64,000 nt of DNA from Trueperaceae bacterium (GCA_965213925.1 OZ243927.1:4256001-4320000), one strand, 5' to 3'; shown: positions 10,037 through 20,496, counted from the first letter of the stretch. The notes: generated by a model from the letters alone, not told the origin. Translations and numbers: made by a program.

Positions 10037-11224
10037 GTGACTCAAGATTTCGCGGAAGCTACTACCGAGAGATTGCTCGAGCTAGCCCAGACCTACGGCA
10101 CGCCGACGTACGTTTATAACTTGGACAAGGTGAGCGCTCAGGTGGACGCACTGCGCGAGGCGTTGCCCGGAGCCGACCTTCATTACGCCGTGAAAGCCAA
10201 CCCCTGCGGCGCGGTGTTGCGGCATCTGGCAAAAAGAGGGCTCGGCGCAGAGGTCATCACCTTGGGCGAGTTAGAGCGGGCGCTCCGTGCAGGCTTCCCT
10301 CCTGAGCATATCCTCTTGGGCGGACCTAAACAAGACGACGCGCTGAGAAGCCGCGCTGTTCAAGCAGGCGTCAAGCAGGTGAGCTTAGACAGTGTTTCGC
10401 AGTGGAGAGGGTGGGAGCAGGACTTGCAGCAGGACTTTGTAAGCCAAGAGGTCAAGGTGCGGTTTCTCGTACGCCTTAACCCCGCGCTCGACCCGCGTAC
10501 ACACGAGCATTTGGCGACGGGCGCGGCTGAGTCTAAGTTCGGGATGACGCTGGGCGAGGCGCAAGAGGTCGCCGAGGCGTTGGGCGATAAACTTTCAGGC
10601 TTTCACGTCCATGCGGGCTCGCAAATCGCCGACATGGGCGTTTACGACGAGATTTTTTCTACGCTCAGACCGCTTTACGAGCACTTTAAGGGCGCTGACA
10701 CGCTCGACTTAGGCGGCGGCTTCGTGGTGCCGAACTTTCCTCTGGCGCGGTTCGCGGAGAAGGTTTCGGGGTTTCTCGAGGATTTAGACGTGAAGCTGAT
10801 TTTAGAGCCCGGACGCTACCTCGTCGCGCAGAGCGGTGTGCTGCTGACAAAAGTCCTCCACGTCAAAGAGGGCGCACGCCGCCACATCATCGCCGACGCA
10901 GGCATGGCGGATTTGCTGCGCCCCGCCCTCTACGGCGCGGCGCACCCGATTCGCGTGCTCACTGGCGGACGAAAGGTGAAAGAAGTGGACGTAGACGGAC
11001 CGCTTTGCGAGAACGCGGACCGTTTGGGACGCAGTGTTTGGCTCCCCGAGGTGAAAAGCGGTGACCTCTTGGCGGTGGAGGAGGCGGGCGCGTACGGCTT
11101 CACGATGGCGTCGAACTACGCCTCGTCGCTGCGTACGGCTGAGGTCGTCGTTCAAAACGGTGAGGCGAGGTTGGCGCGGCGGCGCGAAGAGGTGGCGGAT
11201 TTGTGGCGGCTCGAGTGTGACTAA
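10037..11224 (+). CDS. lysA: Diaminopimelate decarboxylase-like fold-III PLP decarboxylase
   Basis: YAVKAN, SKFG, HVHAGSQ, EPGRYLV, GPLCE, GAYG..MASNY; start refined to GTG 10037 after TACACT. Confidence 0.85.
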   Translation: MTQDFAEATTERLLELAQTYGTPTYVYNLDKVSAQVDALREALPGADLHYAVKANPCGAVLRHLAKRGLGAEVITLGELERALRAGFPPEHILLGGPKQDDALRSRAVQAGVKQVSLDSVSQWRGWEQDLQQDFVSQEVKVRFLVRLNPALDPRTHEHLATGAAESKFGMTLGEAQEVAEALGDKLSGFHVHAGSQIADMGVYDEIFSTLRPLYEHFKGADTLDLGGGFVVPNFPLARFAEKVSGFLEDLDVKLILEPGRYLVAQSGVLLTKVLHVKEGARRHIIADAGMADLLRPALYGAAHPIRVLTGGRKVKEVDVDGPLCENADRLGRSVWLPEVKSGDLLAVEEAGAYGFTMASNYASSLRTAEVVVQNGEARLARRREEVADLWRLECD

Positions 11225-12068
11225 CCCTTCTGACCTAGACGCAACCTTGTCCCCTCTCGTTGACGCTTTCTCAGGGCAGGTCAGTATCGCCTTGCAGCGC
11301 AATTTGGACGGCTTCTCCTACACACATAACGCCACCCAGGCGATGAGCGCCGCTAGCCTTATCAAACTGCCCATCCTCGTTGAAACGCTCGGGCAGGTGG
11401 CGCAGGGGAGGCTCGAGCTTACAACCCGCTACGAACTCGAGGAGGACGAGAGGGTGAGCGGCTCGGGCGTCCTGCACGCGCTCCAGCCGGGACTACCTCT
11501 CACCTTGCGTGACCTCTTGACCCTCATGATCGTCGTCAGCGACAACACCGCGACGAATATGCTCATAGACATTGCGGGGCGGGCGCGCGTGAACGACTTC
11601 TGCGGACGCGCTGGGTTGCGCCAGACCTACCTCGTCGGCAAGCTGCAACTCCCAGAGGAGAAGCGCAATGAGGAACAGAGGCGCGGCGGTAACAACGTCA
11701 CGTGTGCGGCGGACATGCTCGGGCTTTTGACCTCTTTGCAGCGCGGCGACCTCTTGCCGCCAGAGCTTACAGCGTTAGCCGTAGAGATTCTTAAAAAGCA
11801 GCAATTCACCGAAGCGTTGGCGCGGTACTTGCCGACGGATGAGGCGCTTCACCCGGACGCTGTAACCGTCGCGTCGAAGAGTGGGTGCGTGCGAGGCGTG
11901 TGGCACGACGCGGGCACCGTCTACGACGTTTCGGACCGACCTCTCTACACGCTCGTGGTGATGACTTCGGAATCGGAGGACAGGTCATTTAGCTTCGAGC
12001 AAGAGGGGATGCTGCTGATTGCGGAGGTCTCGAGGCGTGTGTTCGAGTTCTTCCGGGAGGACACATGA
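11217..12068 (+). CDS. Serine hydrolase, class A beta-lactamase-like (cytoplasmic)
   Basis: AASLIKL (SxxK), SDN and KSG motifs; GTG 11217 overlaps the end of lysA; no signal peptide. Confidence 0.85.
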   Translation: MTNPSDLDATLSPLVDAFSGQVSIALQRNLDGFSYTHNATQAMSAASLIKLPILVETLGQVAQGRLELTTRYELEEDERVSGSGVLHALQPGLPLTLRDLLTLMIVVSDNTATNMLIDIAGRARVNDFCGRAGLRQTYLVGKLQLPEEKRNEEQRRGGNNVTCAADMLGLLTSLQRGDLLPPELTALAVEILKKQQFTEALARYLPTDEALHPDAVTVASKSGCVRGVWHDAGTVYDVSDRPLYTLVVMTSESEDRSFSFEQEGMLLIAEVSRRVFEFFREDT

Positions 12069-12454
12069 GCGAACGCCGTTTCATCACCCAGGGTCCGGGC
12101 TTGCCCCGCTGGAGCAACCCCATCAGCCACGCGGTTGTCGTCGGAAAGACCTGCTTTGTCAGCGGTCAGTTGTCCGTCAGCGAAGCGGGCGAGTACGTGA
12201 GCGGCACGTGCCGCGAAGAAGCCGAACGTGCTTTTGGTAACTTCTTCGCCGTCCTCCATGCGGCTGGATTTTCTCGAGACGAAGTCGTCTTTATCGACAT
12301 CGCCTTCGCGGACCTTACGCAACTCGGCGAGGTCAATGACCTCTTCATCGACCTCTTCCCCGAAGGACGCCGCCCCGCCAGAACGATTTACGAAGCGGCG
12401 GCGCTCCCTTTCGGCGGCAAGGTCAAGGTGACGGGCACGGCGGTCAAAGATTAG
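12065..12454 (+). CDS. RidA/YjgF family protein
   Basis: SHAV, VSGQ, PART, LP.G..V motifs; ATGA overlap with the upstream gene. Confidence 0.85.
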   Translation: MSERRFITQGPGLPRWSNPISHAVVVGKTCFVSGQLSVSEAGEYVSGTCREEAERAFGNFFAVLHAAGFSRDEVVFIDIAFADLTQLGEVNDLFIDLFPEGRRPARTIYEAAALPFGGKVKVTGTAVKD

Positions 12455-12506
12455 CGCGACCAACAACACCGCGTATACGTTATTGAGGTGTAACTGAACA
12501 AGTAAC

Positions 12507-12622
12507 GGTAGTGGCTCTATCTGGCATGACGCCAGTGTCAAAGCAAGGGGTTTCAATCCCTTGTTCATCGCATGGAGACGGCAGAAGGAGCGCGCGGCGG
12601 CATTCGACTTGGAACCACTACC
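12507..12622. mobile_element. 116-bp MITE with IS1-like terminal inverted repeats
   Basis: GGTAGTGGCTC...GAACCACTACC flanked by a perfect 8-bp direct repeat CAAGTAAC (12499-12506, 12623-12630). Confidence 0.8.
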
Positions 12623-12726
12623 CAAGTAACAGAAGAACCGTAGACGTGACTAAAGATGAAGAATCGGTGAGTCGCGCGTGCGCTTTGAACAGCCTCAGCG
12701 CGTAGCGGCTTGCTAGACTAAAGTTC

Positions 12727-13275
12727 ATGCTCCGACTTATTCTACTTAGCTTCACGCTGCTCGCCGTTCTCGCCGGGTGCGCACCGAGCACGTTTTCTAG
12801 CGTGCAGAGCGTTCCACCGCCTCAGGTAGACGCGGACGCCTGGGAGCGCCTTACTTACAGTATGGGGGACGACTTGACCTCCTCGAGCCTGAGCAAAGGC
12901 GCACTCAGCCTCCAGCCGGTACGCCGCGCCGATGAGGGCGACTACCGCCTGCGCGTGGACTACTGGGGCGACAACTGGCTCCTGATTCCGCCCGGATCCT
13001 CCTTGCGCCTCACTATAGACGGACGCCCGGTCGTGCTCTCGGGTTTAGGCAGCAGCGGCGGGCGGGGCGTGCGGGCAGTCAGCGCGTACGCCAGGCGCTT
13101 TGAACGGGCGGAGTATCCGGTTTCGCTGGATTTGCTCAGGCAGCTCAGCCAAGCGAACATCGTGGGCGTGACGGTGTCGGGCTCGAGGGACTTAGAGCGC
13201 GTTTTAGATCGGCGCGACCTGGAGCGTTTCGTCACCTTCTACACGCAGACCACCGCGACGCGCCAGCAGAGGTAG
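12727..13275 (+). CDS. Hypothetical lipoprotein
   Basis: Signal peptide with LAGC lipobox. Confidence 0.75.
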   Translation: MLRLILLSFTLLAVLAGCAPSTFSSVQSVPPPQVDADAWERLTYSMGDDLTSSSLSKGALSLQPVRRADEGDYRLRVDYWGDNWLLIPPGSSLRLTIDGRPVVLSGLGSSGGRGVRAVSAYARRFERAEYPVSLDLLRQLSQANIVGVTVSGSRDLERVLDRRDLERFVTFYTQTTATRQQR

Positions 13276-13435
13276 CGTTACCGCGTTCTTCGCGCGCGTG
13301 GCGGACTTTGAGTACACAGCGGCACGCCCAATTTGCCGAGTTTTTGCTATAGTCAGCTTTACGCGAACGTCTGCGACTAGAACGCATGACTAAAACAGTG
13401 CGAAACAGAGTAACGAAGCGAAGTGAGGTAGCCCG

Positions 13436-14692
13436 ATGACCGTAACCGAACCCAAACCCAACACCTTGCATATCAGCACCACAGAGCGCGACGATACGCT
13501 CTTCTCTCTCATCGACCAGGAGTTCGAGCGTCAGCGTGACGGCTTGGAACTCATCGCCTCGGAAAACTTCACCTCACAAGCGGTGATGGAAGCCGTCGGC
13601 AGCGCCTTAACCAACAAATACGCCGAAGGTTACCCCGGCAAGCGTTACTACGGCGGCTGCGAAGTCGTAGATGAGGTCGAGCGCCTAGCCATCGAACGCG
13701 CCAAAGAACTCTTCGGCGCAGCCTGGGCGAACGTGCAGCCGCACTCGGGCTCGACGGCGAACTTCGTTATCTTCCACACCTTTTTGGAGCCCGGCGACAC
13801 GATGATGGGCATGGACCTCTCGCACGGCGGTCACTTGACGCACGGCAGCCCGGTCAACCTCTCGGGCATCTTGTATAACGTCGTCTCGTACGGCGTGGAT
13901 GAAGAGACCGAGCAAATTGACTACGAGGCGGCGCGTGAACTCGCCAGAGAACATAAGCCCAAACTCATCATCTGCGGCGCAACCGCGTACAGCCGTGAGA
14001 TCGATTTCGCCAAGTTCCGCGAAATCGCCGACGAGGTCGGCGCGACCTTACTCGCGGATGTCTCCCACATCTCCGGGCTCATCGCGGGCGGCGTCCACCC
14101 GAGCCCCTTGCCGCACGCGCACGTCACCATGACGACCACGCACAAGAGCTTGCGCGGTCCGCGCAGCGCCATCATCCTCTCCAACGACGAGGAGATCGGC
14201 AAGCGCATCGACAAGATGATCTTCCCCGGTTCACAGGGTGGACCCTTGGAGCACGTCATCGCGGGCAAAGCTGTGGCGTTCTTCGAAGCCCTCCAGCCCG
14301 AATTCAAGACCTACGCGCAGCAGATTGTGAAAAACGCGCAAGCCCTCGCGAGCGCTCTCCAGGAGAGAGGCTACCGCGTCGTCTCGGGCGGCACGGACAA
14401 CCACAACTTCCTCTTGGACCTCACGCCTAAAGACATGAGCGGTAAAAAAGCGCAGAATATCCTCGACGAAGCGGGCATCACCGTCAACAAAAACACCATC
14501 CCCTTCGATACGCGCTCGCCTTTCGTGACCTCCGGCATCCGCATCGGCACGCCCGCCTTGACCACCAGAGGGATGAAAGAGGAGGAGATGCGCACCGTCG
14601 CAGACTTTATCGACCGCACACTCCAGGGCGAGAATCCTGAAGAGGTACGCGCCGAGGTTAAAGCGTTTGCGCAGCAGTATCCGATGCCTTAA
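13436..14692 (+). CDS. glyA: Serine hydroxymethyltransferase
   Basis: [38 protein letters not shown]. Confidence 0.97.
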   Translation: MTVTEPKPNTLHISTTERDDTLFSLIDQEFERQRDGLELIASENFTSQAVMEAVGSALTNKYAEGYPGKRYYGGCEVVDEVERLAIERAKELFGAAWANVQPHSGSTANFVIFHTFLEPGDTMMGMDLSHGGHLTHGSPVNLSGILYNVVSYGVDEETEQIDYEAARELAREHKPKLIICGATAYSREIDFAKFREIADEVGATLLADVSHISGLIAGGVHPSPLPHAHVTMTTTHKSLRGPRSAIILSNDEEIGKRIDKMIFPGSQGGPLEHVIAGKAVAFFEALQPEFKTYAQQIVKNAQALASALQERGYRVVSGGTDNHNFLLDLTPKDMSGKKAQNILDEAGITVNKNTIPFDTRSPFVTSGIRIGTPALTTRGMKEEEMRTVADFIDRTLQGENPEEVRAEVKAFAQQYPMP

Positions 14693-14706
14693 AGACAGTT
14701 AAAAGC

Positions 14707-14770
14707 AAGGACTGAGGGCTAAGGTCTGAGAGAAAAGATTTTACTTTTACCTCAGTCCTTAGTCCTTTTC
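14707..14770. repeat. Heptamer (AGGACTG) inverted tandem repeat, possibly acting as terminator
   Basis: aggactgagggctaaggtctgag...ctcagtccttagtcctt immediately downstream of glyA. Confidence 0.65.
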
Positions 14771-14835
14771 TCTCAATCCTTTTACCCCTTTTGTAATTGC
14801 TCATTGCTTCTCCTCGTACGGAATGAGGATGTCTG

Positions 14836-15471
14836 ATGTTTGAACTCGACCACCTAGTTATTGCAGCAAGAGACTTGGATGAGGGGTCAACCTTCGTCCA
14901 AGACCTTTTAGGTGCGCCGTTAGAGCCCGGCGGCAAACACACCGCGATGGGGACGCACAACCGCTTGCTCAACTTGGGCGAGGGGGTATACTTAGAGGTC
15001 ATCACCCTAGACCCCGACGCGCCCGCACTCAATCGACCCCGCTGGTTTGGTTTGGATACTAGGGAGGTTCAAGAGAGGTTGGAGCAGGGACCGACGCTCC
15101 TACATTGGGTGGCTCGAGCGAAAAAAGGTATCTCTCTTCAAGATACCGACATTTCCGAGGAAGTCTTTGGACACGTCACACCGATGCAGCGCGGCGACCT
15201 GAGCTGGCTCATCACGGTTCCAGAAGACGGACACTTGCCCGCTGGTGGCGTCCTCCCAACCCTGATTGATTGGGGCGGTGCGCCGCACCCGACGACGAAG
15301 CTGCCGGAGAGAGGCTTGAAGCTCGTCAAGCTGCGCGGCTTTCATCCTGAGCCTCAGAAGACAAGATCAGTGCTTGCTGAGTTGGGTTTGGAAGAGGTCA
15401 TCGAAATTCAAAAAGGTGAGGTGGGGTTAGGGGCTGAAATCGAAACGCCGCAAGGAGCCGTTACAATCTGA
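14836..15471 (+). CDS. VOC/glyoxalase-like (Glyoxalase_3) protein
   Basis: LDHLVI, GGKH...GTHNRLL, YLEVI, LPTLIDW. Confidence 0.85.
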   Translation: MFELDHLVIAARDLDEGSTFVQDLLGAPLEPGGKHTAMGTHNRLLNLGEGVYLEVITLDPDAPALNRPRWFGLDTREVQERLEQGPTLLHWVARAKKGISLQDTDISEEVFGHVTPMQRGDLSWLITVPEDGHLPAGGVLPTLIDWGGAPHPTTKLPERGLKLVKLRGFHPEPQKTRSVLAELGLEEVIEIQKGEVGLGAEIETPQGAVTI

Positions 15472-15490
15472 AGTGCGCTGTTCATTAGGG

Positions 15491-15943
15491 CTACTTACCG
15501 GACTTTACAACGCTCCAATACGGGGTCTTCGTCATCACAAAGTGTTCTCGAGAAAATTCGCCGTTCACCTCGTACTCGGCTGAAGCTCTGTACACTTTAT
15601 CAAGCTCGCAGCGTATCCTGTCGCAAGGTCCCAGGGTTGAGAGGGTTGCGAGATAGTCGGGCTCGAGTTCTACTGCGGTAACCCTCACGTCGTCGTCATG
15701 AGTGGGAACAGAAAGATTATCCCAGGGAAATTCGACAACCTGCGAGGAGAAATAGTTCTCTAAGTATACGGCGGCTGAGCTTCGCAAGTCGTCCGTCACT
15801 CGCCCGAAACTCAGAATGAAAAAGAGCCACATCAACCCCACGAAGATGCCGACGACGATACAAGAGCACAAGATAAGGTGCAGAATGAATCCGCTACCAT
15901 TAAAGCTAGGTTGAGGCGTTTTCGTTTGCATGGAGCTTTGCAC
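15491..15943 (-). CDS. Hypothetical protein with N-terminal TM anchor
   Basis: ORF with one hydrophobic stretch. Confidence 0.55.
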   Translation of the reverse strand: MQSSMQTKTPQPSFNGSGFILHLILCSCIVVGIFVGLMWLFFILSFGRVTDDLRSSAAVYLENYFSSQVVEFPWDNLSVPTHDDDVRVTAVELEPDYLATLSTLGPCDRIRCELDKVYRASAEYEVNGEFSREHFVMTKTPYWSVVKSGK

Positions 15944-16130
15944 AAGGTATTGTAGACCTCCACCATTGACATACCGCCGCCAAAGTTCACAGCAAACCGT
16001 CCCTAAAATCCAAAAGTTAAAAGCTTGTCATCTGCGTGCCGGAACAGTCTTAACTAAGAAACTTTATACAACCTCTATCAAGGAACCTGCCTTACATCCT
16101 TTTACATCCTGCCTGGTACGATTGCAGGAT

Positions 16131-16694
16131 ATGGAACGTATGCACGGAACTACTATTGTCGCTGTCCACAAGGACGGCGTTTCAGCCATAGCGGGCGACG
16201 GTCAGGTCACGCTCGGCGATACGATTGTAAAGCGCGGCGCAACAAAGGTGCGGAGCCTAATGGACGGGCAAGTTATCGCGGGTTTCGCAGGCGCAGTCGC
16301 GGACGCTTTTACGCTCCTAGAAAAGTTCGAAGGCTACCTCTCGTCCGCGAAGGGCAACCTGCTCAAAGCCTCCGTCGAAACAGTTAAAGAGTGGCGTTCT
16401 GACAAGATGCTGCGCAACTTAGAGGCGATGCTCATCGTCGCGGATAGCGAGCAAATCCTGACCCTTTCGGGCGTCGGCGATGTCATTGCGCCCGACGAAT
16501 CAGTGATGGCGACGGGCTCGGGCGGCGCGTACGCACAAGCCGCCGCGATCGCCTTGATGCGCCATAGCGATATGGGCGCGAAAGAGATCGCGGAGACTGC
16601 CCTAAAGATCGCCGCCGACATCGACATCTATACGAGCGGTACGGCGACGGTGCTCACGGTAAGTGATAGTGACAAAGAGGAAGGTGACGCATGA
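16131..16694 (+). CDS. hslV: ATP-dependent protease peptidase subunit
   Basis: TTIVAV, AGDGQVTLG, GSGG; start refined after TACGAT. Confidence 0.95.
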   Translation: MERMHGTTIVAVHKDGVSAIAGDGQVTLGDTIVKRGATKVRSLMDGQVIAGFAGAVADAFTLLEKFEGYLSSAKGNLLKASVETVKEWRSDKMLRNLEAMLIVADSEQILTLSGVGDVIAPDESVMATGSGGAYAQAAAIALMRHSDMGAKEIAETALKIAADIDIYTSGTATVLTVSDSDKEEGDA

Positions 16695-18001
16695 CCTTAG
16701 AACTGAGCAAGCCCGCTTCGGGCATGAACTTGACGCCTTTGGAGATCGTCGCCGAGTTGGACAAGCACATTATCGGACAGCACAAGGCGAAGCGTTCGGT
16801 GGCGGTGGCGCTGCGCAACCACTACCGCAGACGGCAACTCTCCGAAGCGATGCAAGCCGAGGTGACGCCCAAAAACATCCTGATGATTGGTCCTACGGGC
16901 GTCGGCAAAACCGAAATCGCCCGTCGGCTCGCTAAGCTTGCCAAAGCGCCCTTTATCAAAGTCGAGGCGACGAAGTTCACCGAAGTCGGCTACGTCGGGC
17001 GCGACGTCGAGTCGATGGTGCGCGACCTCGTGCAAGCGGCGTACGTGATGATCGAAGAGGAGCAGTTGGAGGGCGTCCAAGAACGCGCGGCAAGAAATGC
17101 CGAGGAGAAGCTCCTGGATTACCTCCTGCCCGGCGGCACCGAAGAGGGGCGCGAGAAGATGCGGGCGCTTTTAGAAGCGGGCAAGTTAGAAGACCGCACC
17201 ATCGAGATCGAAGTCAAGGACGAGCGCCCCAATCAGATGATGATTCCGGGGATGGAAGAGATGGGCATGAACCTGCAGGACATGATGTCGAACCTCATGC
17301 CCAAAAAGCGCACGCGCCGCAAGACGAGCGTACGTGACGCTAGGGAAGCCTTGAAAGCCGAAGAAGCCGAGAAGCTTGTGGACTATGACGACGTGTCCCG
17401 AGAAGCCATCTGGCGAGCGGAGAACTCAGGCATTATCTTCATAGACGAGTTGGATAAGGTCGCAGGCAACGAGCAGGGCGGCGGCTCGGACGTGTCAGGT
17501 GAAGGCGTGCAGCGCGACCTCTTGCCGATTGTTGAAGGCACGCAGGTCAAGACGCGCTACGGACAGGTCAAGACCGACCACACCCTCTTCATCGCGGCGG
17601 GCGCGTTTAACGTCTCGAAGCCTTCCGACCTCATCCCCGAACTGCAAGGGCGCTTTCCAATTCGGGTAGAACTAGAAGAACTCTCCGCCAGCGACTTCCA
17701 ACTCATCTTGACGCAACCGCAGCACTCGCTCACCAAGCAGTACACCGAACTCCTCAAGGTGGACGGCACCCGCGTCCGTTTCGACGAGTCGGGCATCGAG
17801 GCGATTGCCGAGTACAGCGCTCAAGTGAATCAAGAGGTCGAGGACATCGGGGCGCGGCGGCTGCATACAGTGTTGGAAACGGTTTTAGAAGACCTCTCCT
17901 TTGGGACGCAGCTCGGCGACGTAACTGTGAACGGCGAGTACGTGACGAAGAAGCTCGAGTCTATCGTCGAAGATGAAGACCTGAGCCGTTACGTTCTGTA
18001 G
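16691..18001 (+). CDS. hslU: ATP-dependent protease ATPase subunit
   Basis: GPTGVGKTEIARRLA, GYVGRDVESM, GVQRDLLP, GARRL. Confidence 0.97.
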   Translation: MTLELSKPASGMNLTPLEIVAELDKHIIGQHKAKRSVAVALRNHYRRRQLSEAMQAEVTPKNILMIGPTGVGKTEIARRLAKLAKAPFIKVEATKFTEVGYVGRDVESMVRDLVQAAYVMIEEEQLEGVQERAARNAEEKLLDYLLPGGTEEGREKMRALLEAGKLEDRTIEIEVKDERPNQMMIPGMEEMGMNLQDMMSNLMPKKRTRRKTSVRDAREALKAEEAEKLVDYDDVSREAIWRAENSGIIFIDELDKVAGNEQGGGSDVSGEGVQRDLLPIVEGTQVKTRYGQVKTDHTLFIAAGAFNVSKPSDLIPELQGRFPIRVELEELSASDFQLILTQPQHSLTKQYTELLKVDGTRVRFDESGIEAIAEYSAQVNQEVEDIGARRLHTVLETVLEDLSFGTQLGDVTVNGEYVTKKLESIVEDEDLSRYVL

Positions 18002-18003
18002 AG

Positions 18004-18474
18004 ATGTCTGAGCTAGAACACTACGAAGAGGTCTACGGCGACGCAATCTACTATGCGAGCAATGGTGACGAGGAACTTGCTTTTGTTTTGAGCGAGCAAG
18101 AAACGGGCGCGACACTCTTTGGAGGTCGCGCCTTTACATTAGTTACGGCGCAGAATCCGCAGAGCACGCCGCTCTCGGAAGAGGAGAACAGAGAGAGGAA
18201 TGAGCGGCTCGAGCAACACCTCTTAGCGAAGAACTACGACTACGGACCCAGCCTCGGCAAATCGACTGACGGCAGTTGGGAAGAGGCGGGTTTTACCGTT
18301 TTTGACCTCACGTTGGAGGACGCTCTAGCATTAGGGTCTCAGTTCGGGCAACACGCGGTAGTTTATGGCGAAGGTGAGAAGGCCGCGCTCGCTTGGTGTG
18401 AGGATAGAAGGCTCGAGTGGTTCTATCCGAAACTCTTACCGCTTCAAGATGAATCCGCGCAACTCGAACGTTGA
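18004..18474 (+). CDS. DUF3293-like protein
   Basis: VTAQNPQS...EEN, W.E, FGQHAV pattern; starts 2 nt after hslU. Confidence 0.7.
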   Translation: MSELEHYEEVYGDAIYYASNGDEELAFVLSEQETGATLFGGRAFTLVTAQNPQSTPLSEEENRERNERLEQHLLAKNYDYGPSLGKSTDGSWEEAGFTVFDLTLEDALALGSQFGQHAVVYGEGEKAALAWCEDRRLEWFYPKLLPLQDESAQLER

Positions 18475-18557
18475 AGTGCGGCGTGACGCTCTAGCCTTTA
18501 CGCTCATACCACTTGCCTGCTAAGGTTGACCATGAGTTTATTCCAGCGAGCGACGTT

Positions 18558-19526
18558 ATGAAAAGCATCCTTATAAGCGAGTATGGCGGGTCTGAGGTGC
18601 TTACTTATAGAGACCTTCCCATCCCCGAGCCGAGCGTGGGTCAGGTGCGCATTAAAACAGCGTTTACGAGCGTCAACTTTGCGGACATCAAGAGGCGGCG
18701 CGGAGGCGCGTCTCAGCTTCCCTTTACGCCGGGGTTGGACGCGAGCGGTGTGGTGGACGCGGTGGGCGATAACGTTGACGATTTTGAGGTCGGGCAGCGC
18801 GTCGCGGCGTATGTGGCAGCGGGCTCTTACGCCGAGTACGTTCTCGCGGAGGCTGAGCTGTGCTATCCCTTGCCCGACGCGGTCTCGTTTGAGCAAGGCG
18901 CGGGCATCGGCATTTTGATGACCGCCTATAACGTGCTGACGAATGCAGGACGATTTCGAACGGGGGAAAGCGTCCTGGTTCACGCGGGCGCGGGTGGCGT
19001 GGGAAGCACATTGGTGCAACTCGCTAGAGCACTAGGCGCTGAGCGTATCTTTGCGACGGTTGGTAGCGATGAAAAAGCAGACATTGCGGCGCGGATGGGC
19101 GCGAATGAGGTTATCAACTACCGAGAACGCTCGTTTGATGAGGTCATTAACGAGAAGACGGACGGAGAGGGCGTCGACCTCATCCTCGATTCGGTGGCTG
19201 GACCCAACGCCGAACGTGGGCTGAACTGCCTGGCTGACTTTGGGCGCTTGGTTATCTACGGTCATACGGGCGAAGGGGGCGCGGCGTCTATCAGTAGCAA
19301 GTTGCTCCATAGGAGCAACCGCGCCGTGATCGGCTACAGCAGCGGTGGTTATAGAAAATCTCGTCCTGAAGTGTTGCGAGGGGTGGCGCGGAAGGGGCTC
19401 GAGCTTCTCTCTTCGCGTAACGTCAATATCTTGATTGGGGAGCGCTTCAAGTTAGAGGACGCTGCCGCCGCGCACGACTGGGTGGAGAGTCGGCGGAGCG
19501 TGGGGAAGGTGCTACTCGAGCCGTGA
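18558..19526 (+). CDS. NADPH:quinone oxidoreductase (MDR family)
   Basis: VNFAD, PG.D.SG, HAGAGGVG, GKVLL. Confidence 0.9.
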   Translation: MKSILISEYGGSEVLTYRDLPIPEPSVGQVRIKTAFTSVNFADIKRRRGGASQLPFTPGLDASGVVDAVGDNVDDFEVGQRVAAYVAAGSYAEYVLAEAELCYPLPDAVSFEQGAGIGILMTAYNVLTNAGRFRTGESVLVHAGAGGVGSTLVQLARALGAERIFATVGSDEKADIAARMGANEVINYRERSFDEVINEKTDGEGVDLILDSVAGPNAERGLNCLADFGRLVIYGHTGEGGAASISSKLLHRSNRAVIGYSSGGYRKSRPEVLRGVARKGLELLSSRNVNILIGERFKLEDAAAAHDWVESRRSVGKVLLEP

Positions 19527-19532
19527 GAGATA

Positions 19533-19605
19533 TACCCGCTTCGCAGGGCTTACGTAGTTTTGACCTCCGTCAAACAGGTCATCTCGTTATAAGCCCTAGC
19601 GGGTA
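19533..19605. mobile_element. Hairpin element with TAC...GTA termini (putative MITE)
   Basis: Nested arms tacccgct/agcgggta, agggctta/taagccct, tgacct/aggtca; flanks ata/gta. Confidence 0.45.
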
Positions 19606-19711
19606 GTATCCGGTTATCAACGCTCGCTCTGGATGATGCGTTGTGCAACCACAAAGCCTACGTCAAGCGTTGTTTTTTAGCGGTGTAACAGTAAAGGGTG
19701 AGATCACAGTG

Positions 19712-20428
19712 TCACCGAACGGTAACGAAAAGGTCCGCATACCGCTCTCGCAGCACACCCGCGAGCGCCCGAAGCCCCCACCGCTCACAGCGCTCGTGTC
19801 CTACCTCTAAAATGTTCATGCTTGTATTGTCCACCGCATCTTGCGCGTGGTCTCTGTATTGCCCCGTAATATAGACGTTCGCGCCGCGTTCACGCGCCTC
19901 GCGCACGAGCTTGTCGCGCATCGCGCCGACGACGCAGACTCGCGTGACATGCTCTTCTTCGGGTTCCGTCTTGAGATACGCTCCCTCTAAACCGCCGAAG
20001 ACCTCTTCGACCTGAACCCGGAACGTCTGCAAATCTGTACGCGGAACGTTGCCAATCATGCCGAGAGGTCTACCCTCTTTGTACCCTAAGACTTCTAACT
20101 CACTCACGAGCAGCACGTCCGCTAAACGCGGGTTATAGCCTGTGGTCAGCAGTTCATCGAACGCATAGTGGTACGCTAAAATGCCCACCTCTCCCTCTGG
20201 CGCTTTCACCTTCTCTAACTTCCAGGGTCGGTGGATGAAAAGGGCGTCGAGCTTATTCTTCTTCGTCCAGTCGGCGAGTTTAGGGAAAGGCTCGAGCAGG
20301 AGCCCCATACGCTTGACAGGTTTCTCCGACTTATCGGGCGCTCGATAAATCCCGTTTTGGTCACTGCCGAAGCGCTCAGCGGAGAAGTAAAGGCTCAAAA
20401 AATCATTAAGGTCGCTTAGGGTCGGCAT
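19712..20428 (-). CDS. Nif3-like (DUF34) dinuclear metal protein
   Basis: FIHRP, YHYAFD, YITG, GHERCE. Confidence 0.8.
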   Translation of the reverse strand: MPTLSDLNDFLSLYFSAERFGSDQNGIYRAPDKSEKPVKRMGLLLEPFPKLADWTKKNKLDALFIHRPWKLEKVKAPEGEVGILAYHYAFDELLTTGYNPRLADVLLVSELEVLGYKEGRPLGMIGNVPRTDLQTFRVQVEEVFGGLEGAYLKTEPEEEHVTRVCVVGAMRDKLVREARERGANVYITGQYRDHAQDAVDNTSMNILEVGHERCERWGLRALAGVLRERYADLFVTVR

Positions 20429-20496
20429 AGTGCTCCAACTTTACGTCGTCAACGCGAATGAATTCGTGAAGCTAAGAGCTATCGCAGGAATGAGGT

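Noticed and set aside
11061..11216. Long N-terminal extensions in the ORF track (also 15930, 27392, 29811, 33238, 34809, 51309, 52205, 58321)
   Set aside because: They overlap neighbouring genes or lack signals; downstream starts have an RBS, a -10 box or stop/start coupling.
12507..12622. Structured ncRNA (6S, Y RNA or tRNA-like)
   Set aside because: The closing stem is flanked by an exact 8-bp TSD, so a MITE explains it better; there is no cloverleaf.
11945..12625. 226-aa minus-strand ORF and other antisense ORFs
   Set aside because: Shadow frames of well-supported genes in GC-rich DNA with no recognisable motifs.
13276..13435. ZTP or glycine riboswitch upstream of glyA
   Set aside because: Only a short GCGACT match; the conserved 3' elements are missing.
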